Source of the DNA: Antedon mediterranea
Lineage: Eukaryota > Animalia > Echinodermata
NCBI RefSeq assembly: GCF_964355755.1
Contig: NC_092678.1
Coordinates: forward strand, 5,038,422-5,102,421
Reading direction: 5' to 3'
Length of the DNA stretch: 64,000 nucleotides
Position numbers and translations under genes: made by a program. This document shows, piece by piece, positions 39,301-51,300 of this stretch (position 1 is its first letter; each line of letters starts with the position of its first letter). The notes below the pieces were generated by a model. That model was not told the DNA's origin, ran no database searches, and saw only the letters and a program-made list of their open reading frames with translations.

Positions 39301-42300
39301 AATTTATCAAACTGTCTCAGGAGTAGCCTAGTTTCCTCGGGTAATTTTGTGAGTTCATCTTGTGTAGGTTTCCGTTTGTTATATACAAATTTAAAAATAG
39401 GTTTTATATTAGGGTCTTGTTGTTGATGCTCTACCCACTCCGCTGCAGTAACATTAGGCAAGGTTGACTGCCCATCTATAGGCCTAATAGGGTTATCATA
39501 GATGGCGGGGATTGCATCAGGAGAATCACTAACTGACTCAACTAAGGGTGTTGTATCATTAGGTATAGTAGACTTATTAACTATTTTAGCATTACAGACT
39601 GCTGTGAACGAACAGGATGAAAATTTTACTCTACCTAACACTTCGTCAGCTTTCTCTTGATATTGTTCGTATTCAAAGTCATTGGAAGGGGGGTCATGTG
39701 GGCGACGACTAAGACCGTCTGCATCTTGATTGTTTCTACCTGCTTTGTATTTAATATCAAAGTTGTAATTGACCAGGGCGGCAAGCCACCTTTGACCTGT
39801 AGCGTCAAGCTTAGCTGTCGTCAACACGTACGTTAAGGGGTTATTATCGGTGTAAATTACAAATCGTTGACCATAAAGATAGTCAGTAAATTTCTCAGTC
39901 ACAGCCCATTTTAGGGCAAGAAATTCTAATTTATGAGCAGGATAATTGGCTTCACTTTTGGATAACCCACGACTAGCATAGGCAATTACCCTCTTTATCC
40001 CATTTATCTCTTGATATAGGGCTGCACCTAACCCGCTTGTACTAGCGTCGGTATGTAGAATAAATGGTGAATTGTAGTCTGCGAATCCTAATATAGGGGC
40101 TGAAGACAATTTATCTATTAGTAAATCAAATGCCACCTGACATGATTCGGACCAGTTAGTACCAAATGGGGTATTAGGACTAGGGCGCCTGTCTGAGGGA
40201 GTATTGGATTTAGGTTTTTTGAACGTTTTACCTCGTTTACGTATTGGGTCATACTTAGTCATAAGTTGGTTTAATGGTTTGGCAATATGGCTATAATGCT
40301 GTATAAATCGTCGATAATAACCAGCAAAACCTAGAAATGATTTCAATTCTTTTACATTTGAGGGGCGGGGCCAAGATTTGACAGCCTCTACCTTATCTGG
40401 GTCAGTGCTTACCCCATCCTCTGAAATGACATGGCCCAAGCACTTAATGGAAGTTTGGGCAAAATTGCACTTGTCTGGATTTAGTTTCAAGCCATACTCT
40501 TCAAGCCTAGATAATACTTTGTCTAACTTAGCTAGGTGTTCGTCTAGTGTGGTTGAAAAAACTAGTAAGTCATCTAAATAAACTAGAACGTCGGAAAATG
40601 TTAACTCCCCCATGCACTTCTCCATTAGTCGCTGGAAGGTGGCGGGGGCATTAGTGATCCCTTGGGGCATTCGGTTAAATTCATAGAATCCCAATGGGCA
40701 CCAAAATGCAGTTTTTGCTTTATCCTCCTCAGCCATTTCAATTTGGTAATAGCCTGATTTGAGGTCAAGACATGAGAACCATTTGGCACCACGTAAGGTT
40801 GTAAGGGCATCTTCAATGTTGGGGACGTTGTATTGGTCCCTAACCGTCCTAGAATTTAGAAGTCTGTAATCTATACATAATCGAATTTCGTTAGTCTTCT
40901 TTTTCCTGACTAATACTATAGGAGAACTATACTGGCTTTCGGACTCTCTAATGATATTCTTCCTTAATAAATCTTGAATGTGGTCCCTAGCATCATTGAA
41001 ATCAGATGGGGGTATCCTCCTACAAGGTTGACGGAATGGGGTGTCATTAGTTAGGTGTATTTTATGTTTTACAGCCGAAGTTCTCCCTATATCTAAATCA
41101 TTCTTTGAAAAAACATTCGGATGATTATTAAGTAAATTAATAAATTTCGCCTTATCTATATGTGAAATTGGCGAGCTATCAAAATTAAAATTGTTTGAGG
41201 CCGTACTTGAGTTACAGTGAACTTCCGGACTGTGATGCGTTATAGACTGGGGGATGAAAGCAGTGGCAATCTTAAAGTTTCTATTTAGCCTAATTTCTTT
41301 ACTAGAATTTGACAAAGGAACTCTAAGTTTAACTGGGCCCATATGTTCTAACTTGACTATTAAGGGTGTGATTAAAAGCCCTCCAGGAAGTGGGGTATCC
41401 GGGGATGCTTCAATTAACACATCTAAGTTAGGGTGTACTGTGTTCTTTATAACACATTCTACCTCTACTATTTTTCCTCTAGGTATTGTCATAGGAGAAC
41501 ATATTTTAACGGGGCCTAGTTTATCTTTCTTAGCCTTATCCTCTTTATACACTTCAGCCCAAGCAGAGTGTATGGGGCCTACTTTCCTTCCCTTTTTCTT
41601 AGTATTTGTCCAGCCAGTGGCCAGATCCCGAACTATACTGGTGTTGGTGCCCATTAACATAGACAGTCCCTTCCCTAATTTGGGGCACACTAAAGCTAAT
41701 GTTGGGAATTGTTTAGTATAGCCCGTCTGGACTTTAGGAAACGTTAAATTGACCTCTATATAACCTAGATAAGGTACGTTCTGACCGCCGGCACCAGTTA
41801 CTATTAAATCGGTTAATGGGTATATAGGCTTATCCCTTAATTTATCTTTATAAAAGTCTTCACTGATACATGTAACTTGCGAGCCTGTATCTAACATTGC
41901 ATTACATATATGACCGTCAACAATTATTGTTACGACACTAGGGTCGCCTATAAGATTATTAGTTTGTGATATTGCACTATGGAGTAAATTATTGGATGTT
42001 TTTGTTCCAGTGTTTCCCTTTCTCTTTTGTTGGGACCTTTTTACTGATGGGGCAGACCGTTGTCCCTTCTTCCCGGATGCCCTCTGCCGTTTCCCGCCTG
42101 ATTAAACCGTTTGACCAATTTCTGCTGTACTAATGTGGCATTAGTTGGGTTGGGACAACCCCTCATGTGGTGCCCATCCTCGCCACAATTATAACATATT
42201 TTAGGCCTAGTGTTTGGCGCAGGTGAAGAACGCGTTTTTGGGTTAGGGGTGGACTCTGGTGGGCTTGGTGTTGATTTGAGGTGATGTAGCTCAGTTCTAA

Positions 42301-45300
42301 GAACTTCTACCTCATGGCTAAGGGCTTCATAGCTACATAACGCAGCCTTGGCACTAACTGCCTTAGGTGTTCGCTTTTCTGCCCTAGCCCTACTATTAAT
42401 TTCCTCACTTCTAACTTCTTTAATCAGTGTTAAATAAGTAGGGGGATTTGATTTGCGTTGTTTCAGGTTTAATGTAGATGATAGCATCTCGTCATATACT
42501 AGCCCACGGACAAATTGAGCTAGTCTCATATGGTCAGCCTTTGCTACCCCAACTGCCCCTGCCTTTGTTGCCCTAGTTAGATTTTCATCTAGGCGCATTA
42601 AAAATTTAGAGGGCAGTTCCCCTTCCGACTGATATGTCTCCCTAAATAGAGTATAGAGGTCATCTGCATCCACTGCCAAACCATAGACCTCATTAAGTAC
42701 ATCATGGCATTCCCTAGCAGTTGATTTATCAGTCACTTTATTTAGGATATTAAGTGCTGGAGGAAAGAGACTTTGACTTAAGATGCTCTTTTGTTCAGCC
42801 TGTGATAAGCTATCATCCCTTAAAAGTTGTTGGACTAGTTGAGACCAAGTCTCAAAGTCTACCTCATTTGAAGGGATTGGCACCCGTCCCGAAAACTGTC
42901 GTAACCGACGAACACCGGCCGTACGGGGCACGTTGTTGCCTATTAGGTGTTTTACTACTACTTCTTTGGTGTCGGAGGGGATGGAGTCTAGCCTAAGATC
43001 GTTCAGGGTTTTCCCATGTTCTAAGAGAAATTTTTGTAGTTGTCCCTGGAAATCTGTGGGTAGGATATGGGTGTCCTGTTCTGGGGTCTTCCCATCCCAT
43101 TTTATAATAGTCCAGGTTTCGTTATCTGTGTGGTCAATGGTTGTGGGGATATTTAGATCTACTACAGGTTTGGAAAACGAAAGTAGTAATTGAAAAGTGA
43201 TATCTGTTTCATCTATAACTTCAACAACCTGGGATCGATCTATTTCTTTGAATGCATTAGGTATTCTATCGTGACTATAATTGGCCTTCAATACACCCCT
43301 TAATGCAATAGCATGACTAGGATCGACCTTGTGTTTAATACACCAGTCATATATATCCATGGTATACAAAATAAGAAGTTACAATTGTAAATTAAAATAA
43401 GTGAAATTACGATCAAATATTACAAATTATAAAACAATGATTAGATATATAAGGGTACAAAAATATTATAAAGTAAAATTGAAAAGCATGAAATATAATA
43501 CAATGATAAAAATATGCAATATAGTATATAATTATAAATTTATTATCTAACTAGTGCCTTTTCAAGCCCCACATTGGGCGCCAGTTTTTATGTAACCGCT
43601 CTACACACAACACAAAAGATTATCGACTTAGGGTTGAGGTGAGCGGGGTTCGAGTTGATTGGGGCAGCGGCACTAGACACACATAGATAATAAATAAAAG
43701 AGTACACAATAGTTGGCTTATAGTAGATGTGTTATTATTCTAAATCGTAATACAATTTATACAATATGCGACTTATAATTAAGTATGCTTAAAGATTTAG
43801 ATAACAAGTCAAACTTAAGTTTGTTGACAACTGGCAGTGGTCGAGCTTGTCCCCTTTTTGGTGTGATAAACCCGTTCGAAGTTTGATGCTTATACACTCC
43901 ACCGATTCCCTCGTCTGGCTGTGGACTTTACACACAGAATCCAACTTGGGCAATCTTCCCTCAACCTGAATTTGTTGAGCAAGGAATAAGTGTAAATACA
44001 ACTTCTTTCAGAACGTACAAAAAGTATCAGGGAGGACCTGACTGCTCTCAATAGATTTAGAGTTGAGTTGTGTACTACGGTAGCCTTTTTGTATTTAATT
44101 CCTATAACTACAGAATTCTCTATACAGGCTTCATTCAAGGATAATTTAGGATTAGCTAATAAATCATAGCCTAGTGAGTATATAATGACAGGGTCTTATT
44201 ACTACACTCTAACTTACATATAAACATACAATCAATACGATATAAGGTGGTCAAACATATAGTACATATTTACAATATATCAAGTTGTATCTAAGATAAT
44301 AAATTCATTGCTGGACAACGAGCAATGATAAACATAAAAGTAGTATCCTATATGTAGTTAACAAGTACAACTAAAGGACTTAGCTATGTTACTTACGCTA
44401 CAAAATAATAAGTTTATGTTGGTTATCTTACCTGAATTTGTTGAGCAAGGAATAAGTGTAAATACAACTTCTTTCAGAACGTACAAAAAGTATCAGGGAG
44501 GACCTGACTGCTCTCAATAGATTTAGAGTTGAGTTGTGATTTTTCCCAACTCTGCAGTCTTTTTTATATGTCTTGGCCCCACCCTGTTGTTCCGAAATAC
44601 ATTCCTGGACCATTATCTAATGGTAGATGATGGTGGCCCTATTTCCTTATTTGGAGTTTGATCAGCTAATAGTTTATCCTTAAAATAATTAGCTCATACT
44701 TAAAGTATGTTGGTCAGTACTTTCTTTGTTTGTAAGGAAGTAGGAATGTGTAAATGTTGCAATTTCCTTGGACTGGCACACTTTTGTGGCCTGGGTTACC
44801 CTTCATCTTCTTTGACTGGCACACTTTTGTGGCCTGGGTTACCCTTCATCTTCTTTGACTGGCCTACTTTTGTAGCCTGGGTTACCCTTCATCTTCTTAG
44901 ACTGGCACACTTTTGTGGCCTGGGTTACCCTTCATCTTCTTTGACTGGCCTACTTTTGTAGCCTGGGTTACCCTTCATCTTCTTTGACTGGCCTACTTTT
45001 GTAGCCTGGGTTACCCTTCATCTTCTTAGACTGGCACACTTTTGTGGCCTGGGTTACCCTTCATCTTCTTTGACTGGCCTACTTTTGTAGCCTGGGTTAC
45101 ACTCACCCTGCCAAAATATTCGTCCGTCCCCGGACGACGCTCAACAAACTCAATGGTAACCAACATTTACATTAAAAATAGTGCTTAACTACGTCACCAT
45201 TTAGTTTTTGATCGTAATTCACCTGTCTTAATACATAAAATATACAGTGAAAAAAAATATTACATTGAAAAGGAATCAAAATTGGCGTGTATATATAAAC

Positions 45301-48300
45301 ATATAGTAAAAATAACATTATAAAATTAATTCGGCTTAGAGCCTCTTAAAAGTGATAATTGAGATTGCATCATATCAGCAAACATTTGGTTTTGCATCCC
45401 AATGACTTGGACCACCATATTAGAAGTTGATGTAACTTGTTGGCCGGGAGCAAAATAACCTAACCTTTCTGGCTGTGTTCTTAGCCGTTTAGGACGTAAG
45501 GTATCATCTGTATTAGCCTGTGGTTCGTGGACATCAGGTTGAATATCAGGCCCATTATTAGCATTATCAATATTAACATTATCATTGTTGTCTAAATTAT
45601 GAATAACAGCATCTTCGATATCATTAATATCATGGTTAACTATTACATCTTCCTCATTGATCTGAGGTTCTATTTCGTTAACAATTGGGGTGTCAATAAT
45701 AGTTTGAGCCACGTTTTGGTCATTACCCAGATTAGGAGGTATAGATGGATCTGTTGGTTGTTGAAGTGTGCGAACTGAATTTGGAATGTAATAATCTAAA
45801 TCACTATCACTTGTTTCATGTCCAGATAGTTCTGGCTGTGGGACAGTTGACTTAGGCGTTTTGTGCCCTTGTCGAGTGACAGGCTTTCTCTGTCTTTGTT
45901 TTTCTTTAGTACCACTTTTAGGGGGAGTTTCCTTTGCTGTAGCAAACCTACATGGGAGTAGCATATTTCTATGCAATGTTCTAGTAGGACCATCACTATC
46001 TTCAGGTTCTATCTTGTACACAGGGTTGTCCCCTATTTGTTCCAAAACCACATAAATAGTTTCTTCCCACCTATCAGCAAGTTTATGTTTACCCCTTAAG
46101 CGCACATTTTTTACTAGTACCCTATCACCCTTGCAAATAGTGCATTCACGCACTTTACTATCATATCGGGCTTTATTGGCATTAGCTTTCTTGGTTGCCA
46201 TTTCCTGGGCTAATTTGTGTGCTGTTTCTAGGCGATGTCGTAATTTGTCGGCATATCCCCTTGGAGAAAGTGAACCATTTTGATTTGGGTCAATACCTAG
46301 TTGGATGTCAATTGGGAGGCGGGCTTCTCTACCAAACATTAAATAATATGGGGACATTCCCGTAGCATCATTCTTAGTACAATTGTATGCATGCACTAAG
46401 GGTGCAACATGGTCTCGCCAATGTTCTTTCTTTTGGTTTTCTAGAGTGCCTAGCATTTTAAGCAGGGTTTGGTTAAACCGTTCTACCTGACCATTACCCT
46501 GGGGATGGTATGGGGTTGTACGAGATTTTCTTACTCCTAAATATTTACATAAATCTTGGATAACTTTTGATTCGAAATCTCTGCCTTGATCTGAATGTAA
46601 TTGTTTTGGAAAGCCATAATGTTGAAAGACATTATTCCACAGAGCTTTTGCTACTGTGGGGGCTTTTTGGTCCTTAGTTGGGATAGCAATAGCATATCTA
46701 GTGAAATGGTCAGTCACAACTAATACATTTCTAGTATCCTTAGAATCAGGTTCTATAGACAGAAAGTCAATACACATTAATTCCATAGGCATGGTGGTTC
46801 TGACACTAACTAGGGGGGCTGCTTTGGTAGCACGGGCCTTTCTTCGGACACATCGTTCACAACACCTACATTTATCTTCAATTTGGGAGGACATACGAGG
46901 CCAATAAAATCTGGATCGGGCAAGATCCAAGGTCCGTTCCATCCCAGGGTGACCAATGTCATCATGTAAGCCAGTAAATGCTTTATCTCTATAAGCGGTT
47001 GGAAGTACTAATTGCAATTGCATAGCTCCGATATTATTTACAAATTGGCGGTATAGAATATTATCTTTTACCAATAATTTATCAAACTGTCTCAGGAGTA
47101 GCCTAGTTTCCTCGGGTAATTTTGTGAGTTCATCTTGTGTAGGTTTCCGTTTGTTATATACAAATTTAAAAATAGGTTTTATATTAGGGTCTTGTTGTTG
47201 ATGCTCTACCCACTCCGCTGCAGTAACATTAGGCAAGGTTGACTGCCCATCTATAGGCCTAATAGGGTTATCATAGATGGCGGGGATTGCATCAGGAGAA
47301 TCACTAACTGACTCAACTAAGGGTGTTGTATCATTAGGTATAGTAGACTTATTAACTATTTTAGCATTACAGACTGCTGTGAACGAACAGGATGAAAATT
47401 TTACTCTACCTAACACTTCGTCAGCTTTCTCTTGATATTGTTCGTATTCAAAGTCATTGGAAGGGGGGTCATGTGGGCGACGACTAAGACCGTCTGCATC
47501 TTGATTGTTTCTACCTGCTTTGTATTTAATATCAAAGTTGTAATTGACCAGGGCGGCAAGCCACCTTTGACCTGTAGCGTCAAGCTTAGCTGTCGTCAAC
47601 ACGTACGTTAAGGGGTTATTATCGGTGTAAATTACAAATCGTTGACCATAAAGATAGTCAGTAAATTTCTCAGTCACAGCCCATTTTAGGGCAAGAAATT
47701 CTAATTTATGAGCAGGATAATTGGCTTCACTTTTGGATAACCCACGACTAGCATAGGCAATTACCCTCTTTATCCCATTTATCTCTTGATATAGGGCTGC
47801 ACCTAACCCGCTTGTACTAGCGTCGGTATGTAGAATAAATGGTGAATTGTAGTCTGCGAATCCTAATATAGGGGCTGAAGACAATTTATCTATTAGTAAA
47901 TCAAATGCCACCTGACATGATTCGGACCAGTTAGTACCAAATGGGGTATTAGGACTAGGGCGCCTGTCTGAGGGAGTATTGGATTTAGGTTTTTTGAACG
48001 TTTTACCTCGTTTACGTATTGGGTCATACTTAGTCATAAGTTGGTTTAATGGTTTGGCAATATGGCTATAATGCTGTATAAATCGTCGATAATAACCAGC
48101 AAAACCTAGAAATGATTTCAATTCTTTTACATTTGAGGGGCGGGGCCAAGATTTGACAGCCTCTACCTTATCTGGGTCAGTGCTTACCCCATCCTCTGAA
48201 ATGACATGGCCCAAGCACTTAATGGAAGTTTGGGCAAAATTGCACTTGTCTGGATTTAGTTTCAAGCCATACTCTTCAAGCCTAGATAATACTTTGTCTA

Positions 48301-51300
48301 ACTTAGCTAGGTGTTCGTCTAGTGTGGTTGAAAAAACTAGTAAGTCATCTAAATAAACTAGAACGTCGGAAAATGTTAACTCCCCCATGCACTTCTCCAT
48401 TAGTCGCTGGAAGGTGGCGGGGGCATTAGTGATCCCTTGGGGCATTCGGTTAAATTCATAGAATCCCAATGGGCACCAAAATGCAGTTTTTGCTTTATCC
48501 TCCTCAGCCATTTCAATTTGGTAATAGCCTGATTTGAGGTCAAGACATGAGAACCATTTGGCACCACGTAAGGTTGTAAGGGCATCTTCAATGTTGGGGA
48601 CGTTGTATTGGTCCCTAACCGTCCTAGAATTTAGAAGTCTGTAATCTATACATAATCGAATTTCGTTAGTCTTCTTTTTCCTGACTAATACTATAGGAGA
48701 ACTATACTGGCTTTCGGACTCTCTAATGATATTCTTCCTTAATAAATCTTGAATGTGGTCCCTAGCATCATTGAAATCAGATGGGGGTATCCTCCTACAA
48801 GGTTGACGGAATGGGGTGTCATTAGTTAGGTGTATTTTATGTTTTACAGCCGAAGTTCTCCCTATATCTAAATCATTCTTTGAAAAAACATTCGGATGAT
48901 TATTAAGTAAATTAATAAATTTCGCCTTATCTATATGTGAAATTGGCGAGCTATCAAAATTAAAATTGTTTGAGGCCGTACTTGAGTTACAGTGAACTTC
49001 CGGACTGTGATGCGTTATAGACTGGGGGATGAAAGCAGTGGCAATCTTAAAGTTTCTATTTAGCCTAATTTCTTTACTAGAATTTGACAAAGGAACTCTA
49101 AGTTTAACTGGGCCCATATGTTCTAACTTGACTATTAAGGGTGTGATTAAAAGCCCTCCAGGAAGTGGGGTATCCGGGGATGCTTCAATTAACACATCTA
49201 AGTTAGGGTGTACTGTGTTCTTTATAACACATTCTACCTCTACTATTTTTCCTCTAGGTATTGTCATAGGAGAACATATTTTAACGGGGCCTAGTTTATC
49301 TTTCTTAGCCTTATCCTCTTTATACACTTCAGCCCAAGCAGAGTGTATGGGGCCTACTTTCCTTCCCTTTTTCTTAGTATTTGTCCAGCCAGTGGCCAGA
49401 TCCCGAACTATACTGGTGTTGGTGCCCATTAACATAGACAGTCCCTTCCCTAATTTGGGGCACACTAAAGCTAATGTTGGGAATTGTTTAGTATAGCCCG
49501 TCTGGACTTTAGGAAACGTTAAATTGACCTCTATATAACCTAGATAAGGTACGTTCTGACCGCCGGCACCAGTTACTATTAAATCGGTTAATGGGTATAT
49601 AGGCTTATCCCTTAATTTATCTTTATAAAAGTCTTCACTGATACATGTAACTTGCGAGCCTGTATCTAACATTGCATTACATATATGACCGTCAACAATT
49701 ATTGTTACGACACTAGGGTCGCCTATAAGATTATTAGTTTGTGATATTGCACTATGGAGTAAATTATTGGATGTTTTTGTTCCAGTGTTTCCCTTTCTCT
49801 TTTGTTGGGACCTTTTTACTGATGGGGCAGACCGTTGTCCCTTCTTCCCGGATGCCCTCTGCCGTTTCCCGCCTGATTAAACCGTTTGACCAATTTCTGC
49901 TGTACTAATGTGGCATTAGTTGGGTTGGGACAACCCCTCATGTGGTGCCCATCCTCGCCACAATTATAACATATTTTAGGCCTAGTGTTTGGCGCAGGTG
50001 AAGAACGCGTTTTTGGGTTAGGGGTGGACTCTGGTGGGCTTGGTGTTGATTTGAGGTGATGTAGCTCAGTTCTAAGAACTTCTACCTCATGGCTAAGGGC
50101 TTCATAGCTACATAACGCAGCCTTGGCACTAACTGCCTTAGGTGTTCGCTTTTCTGCCCTAGCCCTACTATTAATTTCCTCACTTCTAACTTCTTTAATC
50201 AGTGTTAAATAAGTAGGGGGATTTGATTTGCGTTGTTTCAGGTTTAATGTAGATGATAGCATCTCGTCATATACTAGCCCACGGACAAATTGAGCTAGTC
50301 TCATATGGTCAGCCTTTGCTACCCCAACTGCCCCTGCCTTTGTTGCCCTAGTTAGATTTTCATCTAGGCGCATTAAAAATTTAGAGGGCAGTTCCCCTTC
50401 CGACTGATATGTCTCCCTAAATAGAGTATAGAGGTCATCTGCATCCACTGCCAAACCATAGACCTCATTAAGTACATCATGGCATTCCCTAGCAGTTGAT
50501 TTATCAGTCACTTTATTTAGGATATTAAGTGCTGGAGGAAAGAGACTTTGACTTAAGATGCTCTTTTGTTCAGCCTGTGATAAGCTATCATCCCTTAAAA
50601 GTTGTTGGACTAGTTGAGACCAAGTCTCAAAGTCTACCTCATTTGAAGGGATTGGCACCCGTCCCGAAAACTGTCGTAACCGACGAACACCGGCCGTACG
50701 GGGCACGTTGTTGCCTATTAGGTGTTTTACTACTACTTCTTTGGTGTCGGAGGGGATGGAGTCTAGCCTAAGATCGTTCAGGGTTTTCCCATGTTCTAAG
50801 AGAAATTTTTGTAGTTGTCCCTGGAAATCTGTGGGTAGGATATGGGTGTCCTGTTCTGGGGTCTTCCCATCCCATTTTATAATAGTCCAGGTTTCGTTAT
50901 CTGTGTGGTCAATGGTTGTGGGGATATTTAGATCTACTACAGGTTTGGAAAACGAAAGTAGTAATTGAAAAGTGATATCTGTTTCATCTATAACTTCAAC
51001 AACCTGGGATCGATCTATTTCTTTGAATGCATTAGGTATTCTATCGTGACTATAATTGGCCTTCAATACACCCCTTAATGCAATAGCATGACTAGGATCG
51101 ACCTTGTGTTTAATACACCAGTCATATATATCCATGGTATACAAAATAAGAAGTTACAATTGTAAATTAAAATAAGTGAAATTACGATCAAATATTACAA
51201 ATTATAAAACAATGATTAGATATATAAGGGTACAAAAATATTATAAAGTAAAATTGAAAAGCATGAAATATAATACAATGATAAAAATATGCAATATAGT